A stretch of DNA of 61,763 nucleotides, counting the filler, from Sluysia triapertura (lineage: Eukaryota): assembly GCA_046118255.1 (NCBI GenBank). It is 5 parts of 5 records of this genome, joined end to end, with 100 filler letters (N's around TTAATTAATTAA, not from the genome) between each part and the next. Parts side by side here need not be neighbours in the genome. Positions count along the whole stretch, not along the records: positions 13,607 to 25,948 come from JBJNIA010118195.1; positions 26,049 to 36,837 come from JBJNIA010193427.1; 3 more parts are not named here. One strand, 5' to 3'. Below are positions 21,831 to 35,749 of the stretch, in pieces. Positions within the stretch are counted from its first letter, which is position 1, and each line of letters begins with the position of its first letter. The translations under genes were made by a program, and so were the position numbers. The notes below the pieces were generated by a model. The model was not told the DNA's origin, did not search any database, and saw only the letters and a list, made by a program, of their open reading frames with translations.

Positions 21831-24800
21831 TTCACTTTTCAATGACTATCTAGTAATCGACAGTCGATCCAACTTTTGTCAACAACATATCACAGATTAT
21901 AAGTTCCATAACGCAATCATTGCTATGTTTTCGATTAGTTTTTTAAACAAGATTTGTCTCCGTTTCATTAAATCCACTCGGCATAGTTTTAGTGTACTAG
22001 AAGTAGTAATCCCAATTTTAATATACCACTTTGGATTATAAATTACAATTCATAAATATTCAGCCTTTTACTATTCCTGCTAACATCAGCGCACTTACCA
22101 CAAATCATAAGGCTACCTTGACAATTCAAAGCGAATTTCAAAGTTTATCGTCCAATAATTAATCCAATATGATTTTCTTTTCCTAAGTTTTCACCAAAAG
22201 CATGTATATATTTCTTGCGTTTTTATAGCTACAATGTCGCATATTTATTCCATGGTAACAATAAATAAATGAACGATCATTATCATAATACTTTGTTTCT
22301 GTTTCTCAACGAGTTAACTTATAGTCAAAATTTATATTCATTGAATATATCATTGAATAACAGAATTAAGATTGAAAATAAAATAATAATAAAACACATA
22401 AGAAAATAATAATAAAACAATAAACTAACATAAAATTGATACGTATAATAATAATAACGATATAGTGATTATATTATTTATTTTGTTTAAAATTTAAAGT
22501 GAAAGTTGCTCGAAACAAATTGCTGAACTAGGCAATTACAGAAAGATATGAAGTTATAAGTGTAATTAGTTGTAATAAATTATTTGCGTTAAAAATGTGT
22601 CGCAATTTTGAGTTTTGAATATTGCAGGTAAATTATTTGGTATTTTTGAAAGTAAAGTGTGGTGTTCTTTTGAGGCTTGATTTACCACAATATTGTTAAG
22701 AAAGAATCATCTTCTAGAAAAATAGATCATTTTTTAAATTGCAAGTACAGTGGCAAGACATGGTAACAAATAGAAATAATATTTTCACTAAGGAATTTTC
22801 AACAACAATAAACTTAAAGATGCATTACTCTCTCGTGAGTTCCGCACATAGAAACAATTTCTCAGAATTCTATGGAAGCTTCTGCTTTTACTTTTGAGAT
22901 TTATAGATTTCGCGATGCTTGTATAAAATTACATTTCTTAAGTTATTACTCAAATGTCATCTTTTGACCTTCATCTACACTTTAAACAAACAAATTAATT
23001 CTTTAACATTGTTCCATCGTCAATTTCATTCGCATTACTGCGAATTTTTATTATATATAATGTAATATTGAAACGAATCATATTTTGTTAATTATAACTT
23101 TTCAAAAAATCTATAATTTTCTAGTTTGTTCATGACTTAATGAATGTACAACGCATATTCATAAAATAATAGTCATAAAAATAATATCAGATTAATTAGA
23201 AGCTGTCTTAATTAACATTTTTATGTTTAAATTGTATATTATATGCTAAAATAAATTTTATATATTTAATTTTAAGTAATTGATCTGTAATTGATTTCTA
23301 TTAAACTAATTTTTGTATTTTTGAATATATTTGTTTAAATTTACCAAATAAATAATAATAAAATGAAAATATAAAAATATTTTATCTGCTTTCCTCAAAA
23401 ATTAATTCATATAGGTTAAATACTATAATTATATTAAAAAGGAATTATCATTTATTACTTTTTGTCAGTTTTTTTAATTTATAACGCATATTAAAATATG
23501 TTTTTAAAAAAATTAGTTTTAAATCAGTTTTATCAGACATATATATATATATATATATATTTGTTAAGTATTATTGAAATGGAAAAATAAAATTAATATA
23601 TTATCAATATTATTACCGTTGTTGTTTTTACAAATATTATTGCAAATAACAGCATCAGAACTATCCTACTAAACTTCCTTTAACATATTTCCTATTACTC
23701 TTCAGTCATTAAGAAAATTGTTAACTATATATTTCCTTTACTTTTAATTTGATCATGAAATTTGTTTACCAGCTAATTTTAGGCTGATGTTTTTGTAATA
23801 GATAAAAGAGATTCAGTGATTCTTTTTTTTGCTTTTTCTCTCTTTATTCAACTAGATGAATCAATTTGTATAATATAATTGTTTTGCTTTTTAAAAAAAA
23901 ACGGAATTTTGTCAGTAATCCTGGCATTAAAAACAATAAAAATATTACAAATCAAAACCCTTAAATTATTTAAAATTTAATAATAAAAAAAATATTCTAA
24001 TTAATTTTTCATTATTAATATTAAGATGTTAGAAAATATTCAAAAAATTAAATTTCTAAAAGTATTGGTGGTTTAATATTATAATATTATAATTATTATT
24101 ATGATTAATATTATAATTAATATTATAATTATTAATCTGTAAATTATAAAATCATTTTTAAATAAAAACAAAACCAATGATAATTATTGTTACAAAACAA
24201 AACAATTTTTATATTTAGTCTTATTATCATAATGGACTAAATAAAGCAATGGATTTATATGATTTATTTTAGTAAAATTATCACTATCGAATATATTTTG
24301 AAACCATAACATATGAAAAAGTTTGTTCATGCCAATGTCACAATAAATCAATATGTTATGATTTAATGATATTTATCAGATATTTTTCATTTAAGAGATG
24401 TCTGCTTTTTCGAAATTTATGTTAATAATAATAAAGATAAGTAAAAATATCTGAGATTATTAGAAATTTCAAACATTAAATAAAATCAAACCACTATGAA
24501 TTGATTATTATCGATTACATTAATAATAATAAATGTACAATCACATTTTTTTATTTTTTATTTTCAAAAATTCAAAGGATTTATAAAAGTCATTTTCTAT
24601 TGGCTACTAACCGAAGATAATCGTTCAAATTATGTAATAAATTAAGTTATGTCATTATTTTTAGGACATTTGCCAGTGTTAATGAATCAAAATTGATTTC
24701 TAATTCCAAATAAATAAAAAATATAACTTTACGATTAAGATGAAACACATAAAAGTATAAAAAGTTAAATAATAAAAGTTCTTTTTTCATTTCATTGTAT

Positions 24801-25948
24801 TCTACGTTTTTTTTGTATTTCTAAGTTATAATTTATTTAGTTTTATTTTATTTATTTAAAGTACATTTAATGTAATTTAAACAATTTTCAAATTGATAAT
24901 GCATTATATTAATTGACAATTCAAAATTTAAAAAATTCATTTATAAAATTTGTGAATATATTTTCAATTTACTTTTTGAATATTTGATAATACTTTACAC
25001 AATTAATGAAAAATTCTATGAATCATATATTTTGGTGTATTAATATATTTATTCAACAGAATTAAAATATGAAAGAATAAGTTAAAAAAGCATTATTTAA
25101 GATTTAAATATAATTGTAACTATTAATAACTTTTAAATTTTAATTATAATTCCGTAAATTAATATTGTTTTCACAAAATAAAATTAGTTATTTGCTTTAA
25201 ATAAATAATAAAGTAATTTCACAATATCTAAAATAATAAATAATTAATTAAAATTATAAAATCTAATAACAACAACAAAAAAAATTATTATAAATCCACG
25301 ACAAATAATTTTTCAAAGATAAAAAACATTAATATTAACCAATTTATTTAAGCATGATATTTTCTAAATCAACGAAATATTTAACAATAAAAATAAATAA
25401 ACAATCTCTAGAATATTTAATATTTAATCAAGTTTAGATATTAATCATCTAATTCTTGCTAATCAAATGTTGTAAAATCAAAACCTAGGAAACTCAAAAA
25501 ACACTAATTTATATTTTTGTTCTATTCTCATCTTATTTTCTATTTATTTTTCTATTTATAACCACCTTTTGATAAATGTGATTGACATTAAATTATTCAT
25601 TTTTACTTTACATGTAATTATACTATATATATATTGCGTATATGCAAAACAAATATGAAATGAAAAGAATGAAATAGATAGATAAATAAATTGAAGGAGA
25701 TATAAAGAGAGAGAGAGAGCGAGAATAGAGTAAGATTGTAAAAGTAGAGAGAAAGTCGATATGAGATATATACATACATTTATGAGAAATTTGGGGAATT
25801 TCTTTCTGTTATTAAATAACCATGACAAATTTGTCTAAAGTATCACAAAAGCTACTCAAAGTGAATTGAATTATTACTGCTTGACACATACTTATAATTC
25901 TATTCAATTCTCATACTAACTTTACAAATTCATTTTATTCAACAACAT

Positions 25949-26048
25949 NNNNNNNNNNNNNNNNNNNNNNNNNNNNNNNNNNNNNNNNNNNNTTAATTAA
26001 TTAANNNNNNNNNNNNNNNNNNNNNNNNNNNNNNNNNNNNNNNNNNNN
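25949..26048. other. Artificial contig linker
   Basis: 44 N + TTAATTAATTAA + 44 N. Confidence 0.97.
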
Positions 26049-26370
26049 CACTCACTTTGAATTACAAGAACCACACTCAAGGAGTGGAACGTTGCATAAA
26101 ACTGGTTACATATGCCTCAAAAGCTGTTTATGTTTTTGAGGCCAGGGATGGCTTTATGTATATTTGCAAACAATATTGATTTACGTTATGTGTGTCTCAT
26201 TATTTGATAAGTTTGTTGTGATTGTCAATACCATTAAAGCGAGTATTTTCTAAATTAAAAATGGGGCACTTACAAGTGTTCAGAAATAATTTCTTTGTAA
26301 TTTTCTGTCATTTCACAAACGCAAAGTTTTCCTGAGTTTCGTGACAAAGTTTTATTTTCAACCCACCCTA
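26049..26370 (+). mobile_element. 3' end of a DNA transposon (hAT/hATm-like)
   Basis: NHTQGVERCIKLVTYASKAVYVFEARDGFM transposase C-terminal motif; terminus CCACCCTA (reverse complement of TAGGGTGG) followed by (TA)n. Confidence 0.55.
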
Positions 26371-27385
26371 ATATATATATATATATATATATAAGTACGG
26401 TAAGCTCAGAACCTTCGCAAGCATAACTGTGGTAACCATGGAATCATCATGGGTATGTAATGTGTAATATTATATATCACATTCGTGTATAAATTATATA
26501 AGTGTAGTTGGTTGTCTCATTAAGTGATAGCAGATTATAACAGATGTTATAATGACACACTTTTCTGATTAATTTATCATTAAAATCAATTTTGATTTTT
26601 TAAAATAAAACCCCGCGAAAATACCCTAAGTTCTATACATGTGGATAATGCAATAAACATCATATAAGTCAAAAACTAATGAAATTCTTTTCCATTTAAT
26701 TAAGACCAAATCCAAATTTAATATAAAACTTGTTTGTGTCTATTAGTATTCTGCGTTTGTTATTATTATTATTATTAATATTATTATTATTACTATTGTA
26801 AAGATTACTTACAAAATTACCTTAAATCTATTTTTAAAAAAATGACATAATTGTATTTAAAATATTAAAATTATTCTTAAAATTTATAATACATAAAAAT
26901 AGAATGTGAATTAAAATCTAAGACAAAAAGTAATAACATAACGTGAATAAAATAATAGCAATGAAAATTAATAGAGAAAAATAATAACGTATATATTATA
27001 AAATAATAACAAACAATAATGTAAATGCAATAATATCAGTTTACAACAATTTATACAGAATATACAATGATAGGTAATATGAATTATGTTTCTCAAATAC
27101 ATATTCAGCTGTCAAATGTTCTTACTACTGCTTAAACATTACAATAAATGATCCATTCAATGCGCTTTTGAGTTTTTATTTCGTATTAGATATTATCGAT
27201 ATATAAATTATTATCATTATTATTATTATCATCATCATTATTATTATCATTATTATGTGTTTTATTCTTTCTTATTTATTATTAAATAATCATTTTTGAA
27301 TGACCATTCTTTTATTATTGTAATACGAAATACACTTCAAAAGTGCCACTATTTCTTTGAAAAGCACCATAACTAGTCACTTGCA

Positions 27386-27720
27386 CAGGGCTCGGTCGTG
27401 AGAAAGCCCTTAGAGGGCCGACGAGTGAATGCATGTGCTCCCACCGAAAGTTTCTCCCATAAAGTACAGTACATCTTATGACGTCAAGTATCTAATATAA
27501 ACGACCAATTAAATTTAGCCGTTTATTAAAGCACAAAAGCCTGCTGACGATATTATAATAATCGTTTCCTAATCCCCATGAATTTGCTGTTTGGTTTTTA
27601 TTTTATATATACTTTTTGAATATGCATAATTGTTGCGTCATATATATAATTTTTTTTTGGTGCTTTAGGAGGCCCTAATTTAATATCTTGCACAGGACCC
27701 GTGTTAAATGTGAGAAGTGT
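27386..27720. mobile_element. Possible degenerate hAT-type MITE
   Basis: Starts CAGGGCTCGGTC...GAGGGCC; right part has GGAGGCCC..CTTGCACAGGACCC. Termini are degraded. Confidence 0.3.
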
Positions 27721-27909
27721 TATTTAATTACCAAATTATTCAAATTATCGTTGCAATCTTAAAAAAATGAAATCTTCAATAATTAATATAGTTTTATGAT
27801 TGGATAATATTTAAGGATGAAAAAATTAATCAAGTTTGATAATTTCTTCGAATTATTTGTTTATTTGTTATGAATGTGTGTGTGGTGTTATTTGTGAAAA
27901 ATAATTTAG

Positions 27910-28006
27910 GTTCAGAATGCTCAACTATCGGATTCTGGTGTTTACAAATGTCGCGGAGTTACCGGATTTGGCAGCAAAGAAGCAACTTTTTATGTTACTA
28001 TTCTGG
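27910..28006 (+). CDS. Internal exon: C-terminal half of an Ig I-set domain (FGFRL1/nou-darake-like)
   Basis: tttag|GTTCAG...CTGG|gttagt encodes VQNAQLSDSGVYKCRGVTGFGSKEATFYVTIL, with D-x-G-x-Y-x-C and GFGS motifs and a phase-1 end typical of Ig domain boundaries. It is absent from the ORF track in this frame. Confidence 0.8.
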
Positions 28007-28084
28007 GTTAGTATGTGACTTTAATTTCTGTGATACTAAAGATGCGAGAAACAGGCTTATATATGAGATTTTACTACTCTTGAA

Positions 28085-28365
28085 TATAATAATAATAATG
28101 ATAATAGTAATGATAATATTATTAATCATAATGATTATAATATTATAATATTGAAAATAATAATGATAATAATATTAATAATAAAGAAAATAATAATGAT
28201 TATCATAATGATAATGGTAATTATAATAATAATGATTATAATATAATAATAATGATAACAGTAATATTAATGATGATAATAATAATGATAATTATAATAA
28301 TATAATAATAGTAATGTAATAAATTTATATGAGATTTAATTTATAAGAGATTTTAATACTCTTGA

Positions 28366-28448
<83 letters not shown>

Positions 28449-28450
28449 GT
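28085..28450. repeat. (AAT/GAT)n low-complexity and microsatellite block
   Basis: Degenerate then near-perfect AAT runs. The flank TATATGAGATTTA..TACTCTTGAATATAATAAT is duplicated at ~28060 and ~28327. Confidence 0.9.
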
Positions 28451-29006
28451 AATAAATTTCTTTTTATTGAAAATGAATACTCTTTCCATCATTTCGTCAC
28501 AGTAACGAAGACAAGTTAACAAAAGGATTTGTAATAAATTAAATTTAATAATATTCGAACAAGTATCTTAAAATAGAAAAAACAAATAAACAAAATATTG
28601 AAATAAGGAAATAAATATTCAAAGAATTAAGCAATCCATATGTATAAAAATGTAATATCGGTCAATATGAACACGATTTTGTGTATACCTATTTCGACCA
28701 ATAAGTGTCTATTTAGATCTAAATAAATTTAACAATTATTATGCAAAAAGTCAAAACATAAATTGAGTAAAAATGGTTAAACTTAGAATATAATTTCAAA
28801 TTAAAATGTTAATTAATTAATATTGAAGAAAAATTAATACTTCCATCGAGTAGTTGTTCAAACACTTTATAAAGTTTGAAACTGTATCTTCATTTAAAAC
28901 TTAATGCTTATTGCTAAGAAACATTTCGAGAAACTAGCAGAAAAACTTTTATTAGATGCAAATATTTCTGCTAAATTCTATTAAATAATAATCGTATATT
29001 CAAAAT

Positions 29007-29684
29007 CGGTCCAAAAACTAACCGAACCGCAAACGTAAATAAAAATTAGATGTCACTTTATGTTATCTTCGTTCTATTCATTTCCTTCTGAGAATAGTAG
29101 TCTTTGGAATGACTTTTGTTGCGTGACTGATCTTGTTCATTTTGTTCTGACGTCATTGCTTTATTTTTGTTCAGCGTGCGGTTTTGGACCCTCATTCTTA
29201 AAAATGCAGCAAATGACTTTAGATTTAAATAAATGTATCTTCGTTATTAAGAATTACTATGCAAGGACTAGCTACAAGCATGGTGTAGAAAGATGCTCAA
29301 ATGCTCCTAAAGAAGGTCGTTCGAAAACAGAAATAAAGTGACAGCTGCATTTGTTCATTATCCTAAAAATCTATCCTCCAAACATCGAAAGAGCTTAACA
29401 TTTCTCGAACCATATCTTACATAACATTGGTCTAAAACCTCATCTTCTTCATACCCTAAATGAGGATGACCCGGATAAACGATTAGAATTTTGTACAATT
29501 TTTTGAAGAATCAAATTTTCAGATTTCAGAGCAAACTTGCCAGAAAGTATGTCGCAGTGTTGTCAAAAAATGTATTTGTATTGAAGTTCACAAGGTTGAC
29601 ATTGTGAACATATACTTATTAAATTTGTTGTTTTTGATATCTAATTGTTATTTAAGTTTGTGGTTCGGTTACATTTGGTGGCCA
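29007..29684 (+). mobile_element. Internally deleted Tc1/mariner-superfamily element
   Basis: TIRs TAACCGAACCGCAAACGTAAATAAAAATTAGAT and ATCTAATTGTTATTTAAGTTTGTGGTTCGGTTA; transposase relics CIFVIKNYY and LNEDDPDKRLEFC. Same family as 45578-45988. Confidence 0.8.
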
Positions 29685-29734
29685 AATTATTAGACTAAAT
29701 ATTTTTCTCGATGATCCTGATGTTAAGCTGCTAC

Positions 29735-29870
29735 CCAGACATACATCCCATAAACCAACCACCAGGACGGAACTTATTGAAACCCTGATAAAAGTATGGC
29801 ATCACGATGACGAGATCAAAGACATGTGCTTCAAGCGCATTTAAGGATCAGGGTAACAAAGTAGTACTGA
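29735..29870 (+). mobile_element. Tc1-like transposase C-terminal fragment
   Basis: HKPTTRTELIETLIKVWHHDDEIKDMC resembles the helices after the DDE core of Tc1-like transposases. Confidence 0.45.
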
Positions 29871-30156
29871 TACAACAGTTTGTACATATTTGATTAGTAG
29901 TAAAATCACATTCTACATGAATAAAATTTCTTTATGTTTTGGATATCAGTATTTTTTATCTATTATTTTACTTTCACCAGAAGTTTTTAGAGAAAGTAGT
30001 TATTTTCCAATATTTTACATTTTCCGTGACAATGTTTTTATACACTTGTATCCTTGAAATACTATCAAAGATACTTTGTGTTTTTTTCATCATGAAAAGA
30101 TATTATAAAATGATAAATGATAAAATATATGATTAGAATTTATAAATTAAATCGAC

Positions 30157-30394
30157 CTTCGTTAATTTTTCTCGAATAACCGCAACGTCTTTGTTTTTGT
30201 CCACTTCCAAATTTCGTCTTATTAAATTCAATTCTTGTTCAAATTTTTCTTCCGATGCTGCTTTATGTTCCGATAATTGTCTTATACGATATTCCAATTC
30301 ATGAACCAATGACCTTGTTTCACTACCACAAGCTTCTAAATTCGCTATTGCTTGAGTGATTACATTGTCAGACTTTAAAAAATTGTCATCCAAT
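30157..30394 (-). CDS. Internal exon of a coiled-coil protein
   Basis: tatag|A...AAG|gtcgat boundaries; open frame LDDNFLKSD...LVHELEYRIRQLSEHKAASEEKFEQELNLIRRNLE with heptad character. Confidence 0.7.
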
Positions 30395-30400
30395 CTATAC

Positions 30401-30463
<63 letters not shown>
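30401..30463. repeat. (AAT)n microsatellite
   Basis: Perfect run adjoining the splice acceptor of the coiled-coil exon. Confidence 0.95.
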
Positions 30464-30467
<4 letters not shown>

Positions 30468-31549
30468 TATAAATAATTTTTTAAAGAAATGGCAATCTAA
30501 TAGTGTCAATAAATGAAAATATAGATTAGATTTATTTAAAATTTTATGAGTTTACTACATAAAGGTTAATATTTATAACATTATTAAGTGAAAGAGGTAT
30601 TTAAGATCTTCGCAAAACTATTACCTCAGTAGTTAATAGTGGATATGTGGGAATTGGTAATGTGTTATGTAATGGGATTCGTGAGATATGTTTTTAAATG
30701 TGATGCAGATGAATTTTCGTGTATGTACGTATGTTATATAATATAATGGTGGCCGATTATATTAAACATTTGGTTTATAAAGAGACGATAGTATTTTATA
30801 TATTTATAAATCTGACGCCTAAATAAAGTACCAATTTGAAATATATTAATAACTCAAAGTACTCAATATAAAAATTAGCATCCGTCACGATCTAATATAT
30901 GCCAAACTAATGCGCATGCGCATTTCTATCTTTCTTCAGATAAGTAATTCTGACACTAAAACAATAATATTATGACATTCATAACATTGGTTTTTCCATT
31001 AGCTTTTATAAAAGGTTTTTCTGGAATTATATTTAGTAAGTTGAATTTTTTTAGAATTTCGTTTTAGTGATGTCAAATCTATAATTATTTCTAACAAATT
31101 GTACTAAAATATGTTGTCATGATTTTTACGCGCAATTTGAATTTATAAATTTTATCTTTTAAAAAATATGTTTGATATGAATGAAATATTTTGTTTTCAG
31201 TATATTTCATATATTTGTGTTTCGTCTTTCATAAATGAATTGATTAAATATTATATAATTCGTGATTAAATATATCTGTGTTGAACATTAGGTAAAATCG
31301 GAATTTCTACATCAATTTATATTTGAGACATTTATAATTAACCCAATTTTTCCAAAATATTTGTATTATCAAAACTTTTTTTAATTAATTTTATAAAGGT
31401 AATTAAAATGTGTGTGCAAAATATTCCATAAATTTAAATTTTTATTTTTCCATGTTTTTTCTATATGCTAAAGGGTCTTCATAATATTTTTCACCATGCA
31501 TAAAATATTTTTGTGAGTGTTTTATCAACTGTTTGTATTATCTCAAATA

Positions 31550-33350
31550 CGTTATCCTAAAAGCCGACACTTTCACATTCATCTTGTTAAGTTTTAAGTT
31601 TCATATTTTCTCTTATTATAACTATGTAATAACTGCATTGGATTACAATAAACCACTATTGTTGTGATTAATCATCAATTTTTAAATATTATATTGATAT
31701 TGATTATTTTTAATATGAATATTGTATTGACAATGATTAAAAATTTATAAATCATTTGGTTATCATTATTTTGAATTTTAAATTTTATAATTTTCATTAT
31801 TTTGTAATTCATTAATATTTTGGATTCTATCAAATGTTATATTTTAATTATTGTGGATTTTATTAAATTAACGGATAAAATTTTAATAGTAAGTATTTTA
31901 ATATTTTAATTCTAATTTATAATTTTAATGTTTTAATTTGCAATATTTTTCAAGGTTAACTTCTAAACTATATAAGCAGCCACAATTTTGATTATGTTCA
32001 CAGAAAAAAGTTTTTTCAAACAATAAAATTTTACCATATCTTTAAAATGAAATTCTAACAGTGGTGGAATAACTGTGGTGATTTATATTCGACAATTACT
32101 TTGCAGAAAATAAACAAAATTTTGGCTGATATACAGACAATTTTCTTTTAACAGATAAAGTTAGATTATTTTTTGTAAGATCGATATTATGCAATATCAA
32201 AGAAAAATATACGTAAAATCTATTCATTTAATATTGCGATCTTATTATAGATCGATGTAACATTGCTTTTAAAATTATATAAAAATAAAATTACATAATT
32301 AATTTTTGTAAAATCTGTATATTTTATTTTATATTATTTGATATAATTAAACTTTGTAGTGAAAACACAATTTGTCTTCTGATATAATCAAAAATAATTT
32401 TTAACTAATTAGTAAAGAATTCTTATCATAGAATTCCTGTAATATTATTTTAAGATAATCGGATAGGTTAAAGAAAACACTCAATAATGTAACCACCAGT
32501 ATCGAATATCAATTATCCTTTTGTCGATAAGTAAACCAAAAATTTGCAACCCCAAAATTAAATTGTTATGACATAAAAATTATTATGATCAATGTTTGAT
32601 TGTGACATTTATGCTAATTCATTGATAAAAGTATGTCATTGATAAAATTTTATATATAATTTTGTATATTATGTTAATTTATTGATTTTATTTTGTAATT
32701 TATTTTGTAACTTTATAATTTGTATTAACTTTGGAATTTTAATAATTTTAATTTCGGAATAATGCTAGTTTTAATATTTTAAGTATGTTTTTAATTTTTA
32801 TTATTAAATTATTAAATTTTTAATTTTAAAGTTAACGAGACTCAATTATTTTAATTAAAAAACTTTATTTTGATAAATTAAATTTTATTTATCTTTTTGT
32901 TTGAATCTAACCTCAAGGTTGGATTAAAACTACTATATAAATAACTAAAAATTTACATAAGTTTTCACAAAAAACAACAAATTCTTATTTTAAAATTTTA
33001 GTTCGAGATTTCAATTTTTAAAGACAAATTTTATTTTGGAGCAGTTATTCATATCAAATCACGTTAGCTCAATTTTTACTAAGTTTAGATATTCGAAAGA
33101 ATATCATTGTAAAATTTTACGCTAATTTATAAATTTCATTTTGGATCGTATAACGATCTATAGCAAAATACTATTTCAAAATTTATTTTTATATTCAAAC
33201 TAATTGTATTTAGTTTAAGGTAAAATATTGATTTATATTATATTCATTTGTCAATTTAATTCCTTTTTGCATTTTATTAATAAATTACTTAATTTGAATT
33301 TATTTTTCAATTCTATAGTTTCAAAATCTCAAAATTGATTAATTTATATG
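31550..33350 (+). repeat. Diverged tandem duplication (~960-bp unit) with TATA-like boxes
   Basis: CAAGGTT...ACTATATAA...TTCACA.AAAA occurs at ~31951 and ~32914 with colinear upstream T-rich blocks. Confidence 0.55.
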
Positions 33351-34319
33351 TTTTCACATACTAGAAATTAACTCTAGTGAGAAAAATCTTTTTAAATCGA
33401 TCCCATATAACGGGATTTACGTAAAATCATTATTTTAAACTTTTGCATTTGACATTTAACTAAAAATATTTAAGTTTTTAAATATTAAACTCCAGATTTA
33501 AGGTGCTAGATAGAATCATTACTTTATCAGTTAAGTATTTATTTTCGCATAAAAATCCAACGGCTGGCCCTCGCTGGTAAGTCCAATACGTTGGTGAACT
33601 CACGTAAATTTTAATTAACTCTTTATTCTATACATTAAATTCTCAGAAAAAATAAAATAGTCAAGTGAGTCCGAATACTTAAAATGGAGCAATCATACAA
33701 CATTATAAAGATTGTGTAGTTATTTGAGTCAAGTCAAGTAAAGTACTTATAATTAGACTTATAATTATACTTATACACTTAAATATTTACGTTACAAACA
33801 GCTTTAAAATGAAAAATAGAAATTTGAATTAATTTTATTGACCTTAAATGTCTTTTCAAAATTTGCAAATTAAAGGTTAAGTATTATTTTAAATCTGAGT
33901 TAAGCTCAGATACAAACTTATTAAAATAAACTAACGTCTAATTTTTAGATAATCTGTGTCTGAAATTGTTAATCATTTCGATAAAATTGTGATATGATTG
34001 TACAGCTGTAAATTTGAGAAACCAGTTGTGTAGAAATCTTATTAATCAAAATTCAAATTGGGAAATAAATTTTTAAATTCAGTAAAATTGAATAAATAAA
34101 TTGTTTAAAATGATTAAATTAAGTTTTCAATGTGCATTGTAACGCCATTTATTTTGCTTAATGCATGAGTACATGTTTACTATCTTAATGAATACAAAGT
34201 ACTTTTTATCAATCAGTAACGACAAACGTACTAAATAAATTCTAGCTACAAACCCTTATTAAAATTATTATTATTGTTGTTATTATACGATTTAAAATTA
34301 TTAATTTTATTGTCATTAT

Positions 34320-34455
34320 NNNNNNNNNNNNNNNNNNNNNNNNNNNNNNNNNNNNNNNNNNNNNNNNNNNNNNNNNNNNNNNNNNNNNNNNNNNNNNNNN
34401 NNNNNNNNNNNNNNNNNNNNNNNNNNNNNNNNNNNNNNNNNNNNNNNNNNNNNNN
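34320..34455. other. Scaffold gap
   Basis: Run of N with no linker motif. Confidence 0.95.
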
Positions 34456-34599
34456 TTTGAAAAATATTTTTGTAAAAATAATTGTATTTCATTTTAAATA
34501 TTTCTATAAATAAAAATTTTAATTTTAAGTATAATAATAAAAAGTTTTAAGTTTAAAAATTTTAAGTTTAATTTTTTAGTTTAAAATCCAAATTATAAA

Positions 34600-35700
34600 A
34601 ATTATTATTAGTCAACGGAAATTAATTCTAAACGGAAATCAATATTTACTATATTTATTTTAACAAAGGATATTATATTTATTTATTTAAAATTTTAACA
34701 AAGGATATTAGTAATTTATTATACGAATATTATCGAACGGAAATTTTTAAATATTTAATATTATATGAATATTATTTATCGAACGGAAATCAATAGTTAT
34801 TAACGCAAATCAAACTCCAAAAAAGTATAAAAGGTATAATTTAATCATTGTTAATGCACAACAATAATAGAAAAGCTTCTGGAAATAAATTCTGTGGACG
34901 ATTATTCAGTTGTAAAAGGATTGGAATATTCAAATTTTGGTTTACGATTGGAACATTTGGTCTTCTCTGATTATTTCACAATTTTTCGATTAGAATATCC
35001 GATATTCTCTCAATTGCTCGTATCTGAAAAAAGGAACTTTCAAGCAGCTTTTGCCATACATTATTCGGCTTCAATTTACTGATTACGTAAGCTTTTATCA
35101 TTAAGTTTTTGACCCGAATCCACGGTCTTAAAATCCTACTCAAATTTAATCATAAAATTTAGTGAAACCCAAAGATAACCTCTGGGTCAAAATCTTACGT
35201 AAAATTTAAAATTCTATTTTTATTATATTATTTAATAATTTGTCGTGTTATATATAATTTTGTCCATTTATATAATTATACTGTGTACGATACTTTTTAC
35301 TTGATTTAATAAAAATTCTAGTATATATTTGTGACTTGTTTTTCATTTATAAAATTACGACTAAAGATAAATTAATCAAGAATCGAAATTTATTAAAACC
35401 TTTTAATACCTGTAAACAAAAAGTTCAGTAACCTTTGATTATTAAAGAAAAAGTGATTAGAAAATTTGCACCTTAAGGGATAAATTAATTAAAGTGTTAA
35501 GAAAATAAAGACTTAGGAACATATTTATCAAATACAATAACTACTGACATTACGCAGATAAAAGATTTTCCTGATCTTCAGCTTTGACCGTTTTAAATCC
35601 TACGTAAACGTCCTTCCAGATAAGATAAATCGTTTAACGTAGGTGAACCCAACTTACTTCTAAATTCTTTTATAATTGTTCGTTTAGATATAAAATCGAA
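34600..35700. repeat. Non-coding structured repeat family 1, copy C (inverted relative to A, B, D)
   Basis: AACGGAAAT repeats, AGTATAAAAG at ~34824, hairpins 35167-35187 and 35599-35643, GAACCC..ATAATTGTTCG. Confidence 0.7.
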
Positions 35701-35749
35701 CAATTAAAAACATTAATAAAACTCAATAATACACACGAAATCCATTATC

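Noticed and set aside
28325-28522. Poly-Ile ORF (also the poly-Ile/Leu stretch in 53806-54153)
   Set aside because: Translation of (ATT)n microsatellites.
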